Positions 20,712 through 34,412 of a stretch of DNA of 64,000 nucleotides are shown here, in pieces (position 1 is the stretch's first letter; every line of letters starts with the position of its first letter). Origin of the DNA: Macrostomum lignano (taxonomy: Eukaryota); NCBI GenBank assembly GCA_002269645.1, contig NIVC01001580.1, forward strand, positions 201,765 to 265,764, in the 5' to 3' direction. The notes beneath the pieces were generated by a model, which saw only the letters and a list, made by a program, of their open reading frames with translations, was not told the origin of the DNA and ran no database searches. The translations under genes and the position numbers were made by a program.

Positions 20712-23700
20712 TCAAACTTGCAGCATCAGCCGCACTTCACGAAGAGACACAATAGTAGAGCCAGAGTGCCATATCATATAGCCGTAATTTCGTCTACCTC
20801 GCGAAGGAAAAAGTCCGTTAGGGTTGGCGTTATAGCAGTTTTTAAACCACCAGCCTCCTTTTCCAGGAGTGCTTGAGCATGAACCAGAGCCATTCTCCTT
20901 GTCCATCGTGGAGAACCGCATGCCTCTTTGGGTCTTCAACGCGTCAATGCTGACACTGGACCTGTCCCTCAGCATCTCTCGGTACGTCATCCGATACCCA
21001 GTGCTGGCGTCTCCCACCTGGAATCCCGCGTACTCCGCATGCAGCTCAGAGCCTCTCCACAGCTTCATCTCCACTCTGAGGGTGACGCCGCCCTGGCTGA
21101 GCGAGTGGATGGCGGAGAGACCTGCGGGAAGAGAGCGGCTGAGTCTGAGTCACTTCTGCTCGGCTTGTCGCCGCTGCAGCCAGGTGAGTCGCCATTCGGA
21201 TGTTGAGTAAAATATTTTACCAGTGTGCGTTTCATAGCAGATAGTGGAACTAAACTGGTTTATTGCAAAAGCTAAATGTTCTATTTTAAGCCTTCTGATA
21301 TCCCAGATGAGCAGCCTTTTTGCTTTTCTATTTCTGCAATTTGGGTTTTTAAATTGTATCAGATCAAGACGAATTGTCATCGAAATACTTCGGTTTGCAT
21401 TCTTGACTGCGACTCAGAGCAATTACTTGTCGGAGACAAGCGAACTTCAAACATTTTCAAAAGTACGTCATTCATCTATTATAAGGCTGTTATGAGGCTT
21501 TTTAATCTTATACATGGCATAAAAGGTGCAAATCTTTATTAGTTAAAAATGGCTTCAGTAACAGGCTTTCTGCAAACTGAAGAGAAATAAACGCAAAAAC
21601 GAATTGGCTGGCGCTGCTCTGGCTGGCGCTGCTCTGGCTGGCGCTGCTCTGGCTGGCGCTGCTCTGGCTGGCGCTGCTCTGGCTGGTGCTACTCTGGCTG
21701 GTGCTGCTCTGGCTGGTGCTTCTCCATTTCAACAAATGCACTGTGGTTGCCAACACAGCAAGCCCGCGTGTCTTGTTCGAACAGCTTGTGAAGGGCCGAT
21801 CTGTTTTTTCACTGCTCTTCGCTTCAGATTAGCTTTGGGACTTCCATTTTTCGAAATTTTCTTTGTCTGAACGGAGTTTCAAAATCATTTTCATTGGTAA
21901 GTCCAGAAAACTTTTATCTTTCATTTTACTTCATCTGAAGCACACTATTGGATATCGACGGTCCTAGCGGTATAAAAACCACAGTCAGTCCACAGTCAAG
22001 ACTGCACACACAGTCTTGAGCCAAGGAAACCCAAACTTGGATTCAGGACTCTCCTCGCACTCAGAACCGAAGAACGGATGGTCTCATCTTTTTGGTGAGC
22101 TCGAGGAAAATAATGGCAGCAGCTTACTGGTTTACCTGAAGCAGCCCGAGGACCCGAAACGCAAATCAGTCGGGAAAGGTCAATGTAGAGCATTGCCGTC
22201 ATGCCGCAAATTGGACTTAATATCCTATTAAAAGGGCGGGCAGCTAAGCTTTTTATCAATCTTTCATCCGTTGAAAGTGCATGAGTCAACTAGCGTTTCA
22301 TCATAAGATTCACATGATCAGCTACCACTCCCGTTATACAATACGAGTATTAGTTGATGCAAAACTGCCGCTCACCGATCCAGAAGTCAGTGCCGTCACC
22401 GAACCCAGTCTCGTACTCAGTCCAGTTTCGTTGGAAACTCACTCTGCCGGTAAGTCGCTGCTGTATCTTCACAAACCAGCGACCGTCTGGAAGCATTTGA
22501 AACACCGCTGTGCGTTGGTCAGTGGCGCTGTGAAGCTTGGCGCAGGACTTCAGACTGGAGCAGCTGACTGCATCTTCAGACGCTTTCATTCTCCATGACG
22601 AATCGATTTGGCTGGACTTGGAGAGGCACTGCTCAGCAACCAGCGATTTCACCCGCCACTGCACGTGTCGCCACAGGTCAGCGGGCTCCGCCAGCAGAGC
22701 AGTCCTGGAAATCGTCAAATCCTTTCTTGAACGGTGCAGTTCTACATAGAGATCTCTACCTATAAAAATGAAAACTCTGTGTCTGTGTGTTCGCGATTGC
22801 CTTTGCCTTTTGAGGCAATTTGTTTTTGCCTCAAATCCTAATTTTACATGAATGTACTCTATTTTAAATTAACTCTATTCTAACTATTAACAAGTTTTTG
22901 TTTCAGTTTGACCTCAGATTGTAGAATACATGCAAAAATAGTACTGTTTTCTCAGGGTTCAAAATGGAATTCCCTGGGTTTAATATCCGCGGGTTTCAAC
23001 AGCTTGTTTCTTATAAATTACTATCAAATCAAATAATTCTATTGGATCCGATAGCTGAATAGCAACCAAGCTGGTACTGAAAGAATTTTTAGTACTCTCG
23101 CTAAGACAGCTAAGTCCTGCTCAGTAAATAACATCTATTTAACAAAACAAAAGCTTCAAATTTTGTCTAATGAAAGTTCAAACCTTCTTAGACAAAATGT
23201 CAGCTAACCTGAGATCGCGGCACTCCGTCAAGGTTCTGCAGAGCAGCCGCACCTGAGCGGACCTCCAGTCTGCCGACGCCATCAGCGGACCCACCTCGAA
23301 CCGAGCACTCAACGAAGAGCTCACCGACCTCTCAGCAGTCCATAGCCGCATGAAGTCGACCGAGCGAGGCGACAAGTCGGCCAACTGAGTCCTCACAGCA
23401 TCGCGTGTGGCCTCATCTTGCAGCACCAGATCCAGCTTCAGGTAGTGCATGTCTCGGCTGTAGTCATACCTGACTGACTCGCTGCTCAAGCTGGAGATGT
23501 TGTGGCACAGCAGAGGCTCGATGAGAAAGTGGCCCTCAATGTCGAGTGTCTGGTGCACTCGGGCAGAGCAGTTCTCTAGTTTGACGGTGCGGATGAATTT
23601 CAGCTGTCGGCATGTCGGCAGAGGTAAGAATCTTTGCCGGTGCAAGTCCAGATCGAAAATGCTGTCGTTTTGCAGCATTACGCGGCTCTGAACCTCATGA

Positions 23701-24350
23701 CAAGATCCGTTTGAAATGATAAAAGCTGATATCTGCACTTTTTCAAGAGCCTCTTGTGGTGAGCTTCCAAAGTCATCACTGCGCTTCAGCTGGGTATATA
23801 CTGATTGAAAATACCGGAGGGGTAAACTTTCCTGTAAAATCATTAGACGTGAAACTTCACTTGAATCGTTCTTCAAAACAATCCTTTTGAAGCCGAGTCT
23901 CAGAGTGGCTACTGGCTCATCCGGAGTCCACAGGAAGCTGAAAACCCAAGCCGATGAGCGGGTGTCGGCTGAGACGCTGATGTTGGTCACTGTGGCGAAG
24001 CTCACAGACCTCGGTGACAGATGCCGCAGTTGACGCTGAGCCTCTGCGAGCATCCCAGCCTCCCTCATCAATACAGGGACGCTGAAGTACAGCTGCTGGG
24101 TGATGAAGTCGAATCGGGGAACAATGCCTCTCAGGCTGTCCGTCACGCACATGAGCGGCTCGACTGCCAAGTGCGGACCGTCGCTCGCTCCCGTGTCGTG
24201 CACGAACAGCGCGCAGCCGTTCACGCTGAGCTGCGCCACGAAGCGGAGCCGCGGAGAGTCAGCGGGAGAGCACTGGGAGACCTGGCCGGCTGCCAGCGAG
24301 CAGAGCAGCAGGGCCAACGCTGCAGAAACTCGCAACTGAAAGAGCTGCAT
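20712..24350 (-). CDS. Secreted fibrinogen-related-domain (FReD) protein, paralogue 1 (multi-exon; boundaries approximate)
   Basis: Signal peptide MQLFQLRVSAALALLLCSLAAG; large exon 24350..23184; exon with IQQRLTGRVSFQRNWTEYETGFGDGTDFWIG (about 22378..22759); last exon LRVEM...AEYAGFQVGD...FSTMDKEN...GGWWFKNCYNANPNG. TATATAAG at about 24446. Confidence 0.8.
21605..21721. repeat. 15-bp tandem repeat (intronic)
   Basis: TGGCTGGCGCTGCTC x about 8. Confidence 0.95.
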
Positions 24351-25260
24351 GGCTTGAGATGCAAGTGTAGGGCTTGAATGTAGTTCAACTTTATTGCCTT
24401 GGTTTGCACAATCAGATGCGAAATGCGGGCTGTGCGCTGCACCGGCTTATATAGAGCTCACACAGGGTTGGGGGCATGCCATCCAATAGTGAAAGTCGCA
24501 ATAGCGTAAATCAGTCGAACCTCTCAGCTGGGTGCATCCGAACCCCCAGTCAAACTGTCGAGCTGTTTAGTGCCTGTGCATTCGTGCTGCACCAGCTGAA
24601 GTCCCTGGCCACCACAAGGCACGGCTTTGTTTCTGCGAACTGAAAAATTTAAAGAACTGCGCGTGACCGCAGGCTGCAGTATTCCATTTAGAAATGGCTG
24701 TCAACCAGCGCATCTTGTAAGCAAATTAATTTATTAAGTCAGGTTTTCTTAGTCTTCTTCATTTCTGCTTTTAGCGCATCATCTGAACGAAATAAATTTC
24801 CTAAATATAAATTCAACAGAGGCGTCTGTAATCTGTCTGTCTGAATCTGTCTTTGTCGAGTGCACCAAACGCCTGCGAGCTAACTCACAGATCAGGAGGA
24901 GAGCCTCAGAAATGATGAGACGGCAGTAGAGTATAAATAAATGACGGGAAACCCTTGAAGTGGGAATCCGAGCAACTGTAGCTTGGCGACTGTAGCGCTA
25001 CTCTTATTCTGCTACAGAATAAAGTCAGTCAGTCGCGCTGGTCTATCTTGAATGCTGTTAATTAAAAAGCCAGTTGTTTTCATTTCGACAGTCAATCGAG
25101 AATTTACGAGTACATGGCACACAAAAATCAATCAAACGGAATACTAAAACGAACTACGGGAATTCCCCTTTGGCAGTTGATCTCCGGCATTTCCCCTCCG
25201 GAATTTACCTGCCAGCACTTTCCCTCTGGCAGCAGAGGGAATCTGGCATCATTCCTTCTG

Positions 25261-25741
25261 GCCAAAGGGGAAGTGCTGGATTGGAAACGCCGAAGAAGAA
25301 ACGCCAAAGGGGAAGTGCTGGATTGGAAACGCCGAAGAAGAAACGCCAGAGGGGAAGTGCTGGATTGGAAACGCCGAAGAAGAAACGCCAGAGAGGAAGT
25401 GCTGGATTGGAAACGCCGAAGAAGAAACGCCAGAGGGGAAGTGCTGGATTGGAAACACCGAAGAAGAAACGCCAGAGGGGAAGTGCTGGATTGGAAACGC
25501 CGAAGAAGAAACGCCAGAGGGGAAGTGCTGGATTGGAAACGCCGAAGAAGAAACGCCAGAGGGGAAGTGCTGGATTGGAAACACCGAAGAAGAAACGCCA
25601 GAGGGGAAGTGCTGGATTGGAAACGCCGAAGAAGAAACGCCAGAGGGGAAGTGCTGGATTGGAAACGCCGAAGAAGAAACGCCAGAGGGGAAGTGCTGGA
25701 TTGGAAACGCCGAAGAAGAAACGCCAGAGGGGAAGTGCTGA
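25261..25741. repeat. 42-bp tandem repeat (about 11.5 units)
   Basis: GCCAGAGGGGAAGTGCTGGATTGGAAACGCCGAAGAAGAAAC. Confidence 0.95.
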
Positions 25742-26080
25742 AGGTGAAGTTCCGGAGGTAATATGCCGGATCGGAGGAGAAGTTCCAGAGAGAAAGTGTC
25801 GGAATGGATGAAAATATGAAAGGGCAGAGGCGGAGGGGAAATGTCAGAGGTGAAGGCCAGAGGGAAAGTTTACTATTGTCAGGAGGGAATGATTGAGTGA
25901 TAGTGCCGGAAAGGAAATGCCAGAGGGGAATATGGATGTGGATATAGCGCAACTCGTATCAAAATATTTTCAATCGCCTTATTACACAGCGAACTGCATC
26001 AATTCAGCTCCACTGTGTCTCTAAAGACTGGCGACTTTGATTCATGTTTGAAAAAATGGCTTGCTATTCTTAATGTTAAA

Positions 26081-28596
26081 ATACTGATAGAACAGACAGC
26101 ACAATACTGATAGAACAGACAGCACAATACTGATAGAACACACAGCACAATACTGATAGAACAGACATCACAATACTGATAGAACAGACAGCACAATACT
26201 GATAGAACACACAGCACAATACTGATAGAACAGACATCACAATACTGATAGAACAGACAGCACAATACTGATAGAACAGACAGCACAATACTGATAGAAC
26301 AGACAGCACAATACTAATGGAACAGACAGCACAATACTGATAAAACAGACAGCACAATACTGATAGAACAGACAGCACAATACTGATAAAACAGACAGCA
26401 CAATACTGATAGAACAGACAGCACAATACTGATAGAACAGACAGCACAATACTGATAGAACAGACAGCACAATACTGATAAAACAGACAGCACAATACTG
26501 ATAGAACAGACAGCACAATACTGATAGAACAGACAGCACAATACTGATAGAACAGACAGCACAATACTGATAGAACAGACAGCACAATACTGATAGAACA
26601 GACAGCACAATACTGATAGAACAGACAGCACAATACTGATAGAACAGACAGCACAATACTGATAGAACAGACAGCACAATACTGATAGAACAGACAGCAC
26701 AATACTGATAGAACAGACAGCACAATACTGATAGAACACACAGCACAATACTGATAGAACAGACAGCACAATACTGATAGAACAGACAGCACAATACTGA
26801 TAGAACAGACAGCACAATACTGATAGAACAGACAGCACAATACTGATAGAACAGACAGCACAATACTGATAAAACAGACAGCACAATACTGATAGAACAG
26901 ACAGCACAATACTGATAGAACAGACAGCACAATACTGATAGAACAGACAGCACAATACTGATAGAACAGACAGCACAATACTGATAGAACAGACAGCACA
27001 ATACTGATAGAACAGACAGCACAATACTGATAGAACACACAGCACAATACTGATAGAACAGACAGCACAATACTGATAGAACAGACAGCACAATACTAAT
27101 GGAACAGACAGCACAATACTGATAGAACAGACAGCACAATACTGATAGAACAGACAGCACAATACTGATAGAACAGACAGCACAATACTGATAGAACAGA
27201 CAGCACAATACTGATAGAACAGACAGCACAATACTGATAGAACAGACAGCACAATACTGATAGAACAGACAGCACAATACTGATAGAACAGACAGCACAA
27301 TACTGATAGAACAGACAGCACAATACTGATAGAACAGACAGCACAATACTGATAGAACAGACAGCACAATACTGATAGAACAGACAGCACAATACTGATA
27401 GAACACACAGCACAATACTGATAGAACAGACAGCACAATACTGATAGAACAGACAGCACAATACTAATGGAACAGACAGCACAATACTGATAAAACAGAC
27501 AGCACAATACTGATAGAACAGACAGCACAATACTGATAGAACAGACAGCACAATACTGATAGAACAGACAGCACAATACTGATAGAACAGACAGCAAAAT
27601 ACTGATAGAACAGACAGCACAATACTGATAGAACAGACAGCACAATACTGATAGAACAGACAGCACAATACTGATAGAACAGACAGCACAATACTGATAG
27701 AACAGACAGCACAATACTGATAGAACAGACAGCACAATACTGATAGAACAGACAGCACAATACTGATAGAACAGACAGCTCAATACTGATAGAACAGACA
27801 GCACAATACTGATAGAACAGACAGCACAATACTGATAGAACAGACAGCTCAATACTGATAGAACAGACAGCACAATACTGATAGAACAGACAGCACAATA
27901 CTGATAGAACAGACAGCACAATACTGATAGAACAGACAGCTCAATACTGATAGAACAGACAGCACAATACTGATAGAACAGACAGCACAATACTGATAGA
28001 ACAGACAGCACAATACTGATAGAACACACAGCACAATACTGATAGAACAGACAGCACAATACTGATAGAACAGACAGCACAATACTAATGGAACAGACAG
28101 CACAATACTGATAAAACAGACAGCACAATACTGATAGAACAGACAGCACAATACTGATAGAACAGACAGCACAATACTGATAGAACAGACAGCACAATAC
28201 TGATAGAACAGACAGCAAAATACTGATAGAACAGACAGCACAATACTGATAGAACAGACAGCACAATACTGATAGAACAGACAGCACAATACTGATAGAA
28301 CAGACAGCACAATACTGATAGAACAGACAGCACAATACTGATAGAACAGACAGCACAATACTGATAGAACAGACAGCACAATACTGATAGAACAGACAGC
28401 TCAATACTGATAGAACAGACAGCACAATACTGATAGAACAGACAGCACAATACTGATAGAACAGACAGCTCAATACTGATAGAACAGACAGCACAATACT
28501 GATAGAACAGACAGCACAATACTGATAGAACAGACAGCACAATACTGATAGAACAGACAGCTCAATACTGATAGAACAGACAGCACAATACTGATA
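26081..28596. repeat. 23-bp minisatellite (about 109 units), same family as 19485
   Basis: CAGACAGCACAATACTGATAGAA array with recurring variant units. Confidence 0.97.
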
Positions 28597-28939
28597 AAAA
28601 TCATTACTGGTAATTCCCGTGCGAAAATGAATGTACAGAGAAATTTGCAAACATTATCTGTCTGTTTGAGTTGCACAGATTTCTGAGTTGGGGTGTTCAG
28701 CCTTTTATAATTAGCTTTTTGTTAGAAATAGTTTGCGTCTATTAAAATGAGTTTATAGAGTATAAATGTGTTTTCACTTTTTATGCGCTAGATTGTTTTC
28801 AGTCAGTAAGACTCTTGCAATCAGGGAGACGTAAAAATCAATATTTTTTGTTATTAATAATTAGCAGCAGCAGGCTTGTTAGTCTCCTAAACATGTTTAG
28901 CATAAGTTCGAAAATCTGTATCTGAGTCAACAGAGTGGG

Positions 28940-29035
28940 CCACTGAGTTGCTCAAGTTTTGATGCTCAAATCTGCAGCATCAGCCGCACTTCACGAAGAG
29001 ACAGCCGGGCAGAGCCATACCACCAGCTGATATAC
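28940..29035 (-). pseudogene. 3'-end remnant of a third FReD paralogue
   Basis: GCAGCATCAGCCGCACTTCACGAAGAGACA matches the last codons of paralogue 1 (20723..) and is joined directly to the shared upstream block at about 29047. Confidence 0.7.
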
Positions 29036-30417
29036 CCTTCGGCCTTCAGCTAGGTGCATCCGAACCCCATATAGCTAGACTGGCGACTCGTGCTACATTA
29101 GTTGAAGTAACGCCACAAGGCACGGTTCCATTTCTTCTTACAGTAAAAATGTGAAGATCTGCGCGTGACCGCAGGCCGCAGCATTTCATTTCGAGATGGC
29201 TATCTTCCAGCGCATGCATGTGTAGGTCTCATTCGGCTTTTCTCTCAGACCTCGGATTCTGTCAGCGTTTTGCATCGCGTAAACACTTCGGCTTTCTATG
29301 TTTTCTTCGTTTCTGCTTTCAGTGCATTGCCTGAACGCTGAAGCAAGGAGAGACCTCTATCATGTTGGGGACGAATGTCTGTGTCGAGTGCACCAGTCTC
29401 GAGATCTGCAATCAGCAGCCAAGCAACAAGGGTTGCAGCAATAAACAGGGTGAAAATCAAGATAGCTGCATAACGAAACTGGCACAGAAGGAGAACGCAC
29501 AGAAAGGTTCTCAGAGCGGGCAGGAAAGCGAGACCCACAGATCGAGCCAGATCGAGCCCTACCGCTGGCGACCCTGTGCTGGCGCCCCACAATACCCCCC
29601 CCCACCCAAATTGCATTTCAAGTTCCTTCCAAAGCACCGCTGGTACAGACCGCATCAAATTACTTCTCCTAAAGATTTTGCAAAAGAAAAAAAAGAATTC
29701 TACGGGTAGAGAATTAATAAACAGCCTATTGAAAACTGAGACTGGGAATCTCATCTGTCCATCCTGCACTCCACTTATCCCTATAGGCCCTTCTCTACAT
29801 GGAAAGTGTCCACTTTTGGCGGGTGCTCACGATGATGAACCCCACAGAATCTCACAGACTGGCACAGATTTTGGGTAGTTTTTCTGCTTTTTTAATGAGA
29901 CATGTAAAATGCCTGTCATTATTGAAAAGCATAGAATAGAAGCGCTCCCCACTGCATACAGTTATCTCGCTTCTCCCGCTCATCCTAAACTTCTGCCTTT
30001 CCAAGCAGAGTTGCAGGCTGTATCCATATATGCGACAGTCATTTTCCACGAGACTGCAACTCTAGCGTAAAAGTAGGCACTGACTTTGGTTGACAAACTC
30101 GTAAATTTACGTAAACTTACCCTCCGTAAAGTAAACTAACGTCAAGTAGCGTTTATTTACCTGAAACCACGTTAATCAACCTTCAAGTTATTGGTTAATT
30201 AACCCCCCCCCCAGTATTACGAGCAACCCTCGCTTTCAACGGGACTGATCGGGAGCATGAGAATTTCCCACCGGCGGGAAGTTATCCTGCCGAGATTTCT
30301 CCGCCGAGGATGTCCCACAGCTAGGTTTTCCCGCAGGGGTTTTCTAGTCAGAATTTCAACTCAAATACAGTCTATAGACTAAACTAGACTACTGTATTTG
30401 AGTTTGTATTTGAGTTT

Positions 30418-31199
30418 AGTTCTGCTCTCCTCTCCTTTGTTCTGTTCTGTTCTGTTTTGTTCTGTTCTGTTCTGTTCTGTTCTGTTCTGCTCTGTTCTGT
30501 TCTGTTCTGTTCTGTTCTGTTCTGTTCTGTTCTGTTCTGTTCTGTTCTGCTCTGTTCTGTTCTGTTCTGTTCTGTTCTTTTCTGTTCTGTTCTGTTCTTT
30601 TCTGTTCTGTTCTGTTCTGCTCTGTTCTGCTCTGTTCTGTTCTGTTCTGCTCTGTTCTGTTCTGTTCTGTTCTGTTGTGTTCTGTTCTGTTCTGTTCTGT
30701 TCTGTTCTGTTCTGTTCTGTTCTGTTCTGTTCTGTTCTGTTCTGTTCTGTTCTGTTCTGTTCTGTTCTGTTCTGTTCTGTTCTGTTCTGTTCTGTTCTGT
30801 TCTGTTCTGTTCTGTTCTGTTCTGTTCTGTTCTGTTCTGTTCTGTTCTGTTCTGTTCTGTTCTGTTCTGTTTCTGCTCTGTTGTGTTCTGTTCTGTTCTG
30901 TTCTGTTCTGTTCTGCTCTGTTGTGTTCTGTTCTGTTCTGCTCTGTTGTGTTCTGTTCTGTTCTGCTCTGTTGTGTTCTGTTCTGTTCTGTTCTGTTCTG
31001 TTCTGTTCTGTTCTGTTCTGTTCTGTTCTGTTCTGTTCTGTTCTGTTCTGTTCTGTTTCTGCTCTGCTCTGTTGTGTTCTGTTCTGTTCTGTTCTGTTCT
31101 GTTCTGCTCTGTTGTGTTCTGTTCTGCTCTGTTGTGTTCTGTTCTGTTCTGTTCTGTTCTGTTCTGTTCTGTTCTGTTCTGTTCTGTTCTGTGGTCTGT
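30418..31199. repeat. (TTCTG)n microsatellite
   Basis: Direct reading of sequence. Confidence 0.98.
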
Positions 31200-31232
31200 T
31201 TTGTTTCAACTTTTTACACCAAATCAAATTTG

Positions 31233-31386
31233 TATTTGATTTGTATTTGAGTATTTGTATTTGAGTATTTGTATTTGAGTATTTGTATTTGAGTATTTGT
31301 ATTTGAGTATTTGTATTTGAGTATTTGTATTTGAGTATTTGTATTTGAGTATTTGTATTTGAGTATTTGTATTTGAGTGTATTTGA
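31233..31386. repeat. 14-bp tandem repeat (GTATTTGAGTATTT)
   Basis: Direct reading of sequence. Confidence 0.95.
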
Positions 31387-31700
31387 GCTACACATGATTC
31401 TATATTTAAGATGGTTAATCTTTTCGATTATGCTTGTTGTTAATTTGAATAAAAATTGTTGAAAATATGAGCTTATTGAGTTGAAAATCACAAAAACTAT
31501 TGTTTTCCGTTATTTTACGCTCGACTGTTCTTAGTCAGTAAATCTCTTACAGCCAAAAAAATTCAAAAATCAGTATTTTATGGTGAATAATCTGGGAAGG
31601 TTTGATCAGGGAAGCCTCTATGGAAGCTTCCCTGGTTGGATATTAGTGTTTAAAAATATACCGGTAAAATAGCATAAATCCGATAAAAACTGTATTTTAA

Positions 31701-34412
31701 TTAACAGATTGCTTCACTGAGTTGCTTAATTTCTGATGCACAAACCTGCAGCATCAGCCGCACTTCACACAGAGACAGCAGAGCAGAGCCAGAGTACCAG
31801 ACCGGAACTGGAGCAACTGAAGGAAAATAGGCTCCGTTAGGGTTGGTATAATAGCAGTTTGTAAACCACCAGCCTCCACTTCTTCTGTTTCTCACTCCAT
31901 TTCTGTCAGAGCATTCAGAACTCCACAGTTCCCACTTCGCCGTGGAAAACCGCCTGCCTTTGCTAGGCTCCAGAGCGTCAAAACGGATACTGGACCTGTC
32001 CCTCAGCATCTCTCGGTACGTCATCCGATACCCAGTGCTGGCGTCTCCCACCTGGAATCCTGCGTACTCCGCATGCAGCTCAGAGCCGTTCCACAGCTTC
32101 ATCTCCACTCTGAGGGTGGCGCCGCCTTGGCTGAGCGAGTGGATGGCGGAGAGACCTGCGGGAGGAGAGCGGCTGAGTCTGAGTCAGTTCAGTCACACTG
32201 TCAGTCTGCAGTGACGCTCCTTATGGACAACCACCAGAGATCGCTCTCTTTCCCTCTCTCTCTCTCTTCCTTCTGAGTGGCTGCAGTCGTTTTTGATCAT
32301 CATTTTTAGTGTCATATTAGTTGATGATGAGTTGATGGCTCAGCTAATAACAGAAGGATCCGCAACCCCACCAGCAGAGACAGAAGGCAAAGGCAGCCGG
32401 GTGGTAGGGAGCGCGAAGCAGCGACAGCAAAGTAAAATTGGAGTCGGAGCAATAGGAGTCAGGCCGAGCCTGAGAACAAGAGGCTTGAAACCCTACGGCA
32501 CGCGGAGGAGAGGAGGCGCAATGGGGTTGGGGGTTAGCAGAATTTACACTGAGGTCCAGGGAGCAAGCCTAGTGTAAAGTAGACATCTAACTCCTTTCTG
32601 TAAATGTACTTTGCTGTGCATCCATCTCGCATCAATTGAAAGCGCTTGAGTCAGCTAGCATTCTGTCATAAGATGGACAAGATCTGTTATCACACCCGTC
32701 ACAAATATTAGTTGATACAAAACTGCCGCTCACCGATCCAGAAGTCCGTGCGGTCACCGAAGCCAGTCTCGTACTCAGTCCAGTCTCGTTGGAAACTCAC
32801 TCTGCCAGTAAGTCGCTGCTGAATCTTCAGGAAGCAGCGACCGTCTGGCTGCAGTTGAAACGCACTGGAAGGGTACGCTGTGTGTTGAGCAGAGGTGCAT
32901 TGCAGCCTGGCACAGGACTTCGGGCTGGAGCACCTATAGCTGCTACAGACGATTTCATTTTCCATGATGAAGTGATTCGACTGGAATTGAAGAGGCACTG
33001 CTCAGCAACCAGCGATGTCACCCGCCACTGCACGTGTCGCCACAGGTCAGCGGACTCCGTCAGCACAGCAGTCCTGGAAGTCAGCGTCAGTGAAGCTGTT
33101 GGCAGCTGTTTGGACTAATTCAGATCATTATCTAATTTGACGGCTAAAAACCAAAACACTACAAAATAAAACCGTAACAAACTCTAGGCTCGTACTGAAA
33201 GTGACATTCGCATGAATACATGTAAATTCTAGTCTAGAATAAGGCATCAGAAGTTCACAAGCATGTCAGCCAACCTGAGACCGCGGCACTCCGTCCAGTT
33301 TCCGCAGAGCAGCCGCAGCTGAGCGGACCTCCAGTCTGCCGACGCCATCAGCGGACCGACCTCGAACCGAGCACTCAACGAAGAGCTCACCGATCTCTCA
33401 GCAGTCCACAGCCGCATGAAATCGACCGAGCGAGGCGACAAGTCGGCCAACTGAGTCCTCACAGCATCGCGTGTGGCCTCATCTTGCAGCACCAGATCAA
33501 GCTGCTTCAGGTAGTGCGTGTCTCGGCTGTAGTCATACCTGACTGACTCGCTGCTCAAGCTGGGGATGTTGTGGCACAGCAGAGGCTCGATGAGGAAGTG
33601 ACCCTCGATGTCGAGTCTCTGGTGCACTCGAGCAGAGCAGTTCTCGAGATTGACTACCGAGTGAACCGCAGCTGTCGGCACGCGGGTAAGAATTTTTGCT
33701 TGTACACGCTGACATCATTAAAGCTGTCTTTTTGCAGCATGAAGCTGCTCTGAACTTCGTGGAAACAGCCATTCAACAGAATGGTAGCTGAGAGTTTTAC
33801 ATTTTTTAGAGTCCCAATTGTGGAATTTTCGATTTTTTCTCGTTCGTTTTTCTTGGCGTGTGTTAACAAAAAAACTTTCTTTTGGTTGATATTCACCAGT
33901 CCTTCCATGTTTTTTCGCTGATTTAGAATTTCATATCTGATTTTTTGCCCAAAGCCGAGTCTCAGAGTGGCTACTGGCTCATCCGGAGTCCACAGGAAGC
34001 TCAAAACCCGAACCGATGAGCGGGTGTCGGCTGAGACGCTGATGTTGGTTACCGTGGCGAAGCTCACAGACCTCGGTGACAGATGCCGCAGTTGACGCTG
34101 AGCCTCTGCGAGCATCCCAGCATCCTTCATCAATACAGGAACGCTGAAGTACAGCTGCTGGGTGATGAAGTCGAATCGGGGAACAATGCCTCTCAGGCTG
34201 TCCGTCACGCACATGAGCGGCTCGACTGCCAAGTGCGGACCGTCGCTCGCTCCCGTGTCGTGCACGAACAGCGCGCAGCCGTTCACGCTGAGCTGCGCCA
34301 CGAAGCGGAGCCGCGGAGAGTCAGCGGGAGCGCACTGAGAGACCTGGCCGGCTGCCAGCGAGCAGAGCAGCAGAGCCAACGCTGCAGAAACTCGCAACTG
34401 ACAGAGGTGCAT
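31701..34412 (-). CDS. Secreted FReD protein, paralogue 2 (frameshift near 33660; pseudogene or sequencing error)
   Basis: Collinear with paralogue 1: signal peptide, duplicated N-terminal domain, QRDWTEYETGFGDRTDFWIG exon, GGWWFTNCYYTNPNG exon; reading frame switches between ORFs 33654..34412 and 33247..33681. Confidence 0.72.

Noticed and set aside
19350-28676. Long Cys/Val/Leu-rich ORFs (up to 778 aa) over the 23-bp arrays
   Set aside because: Stop-free frames of a satellite; the 23-nt period cycles through all frames; no coding evidence.
30379-31491. (QNRTE)n and (CSVLF)n ORFs
   Set aside because: Translations of a (TTCTG)n microsatellite.
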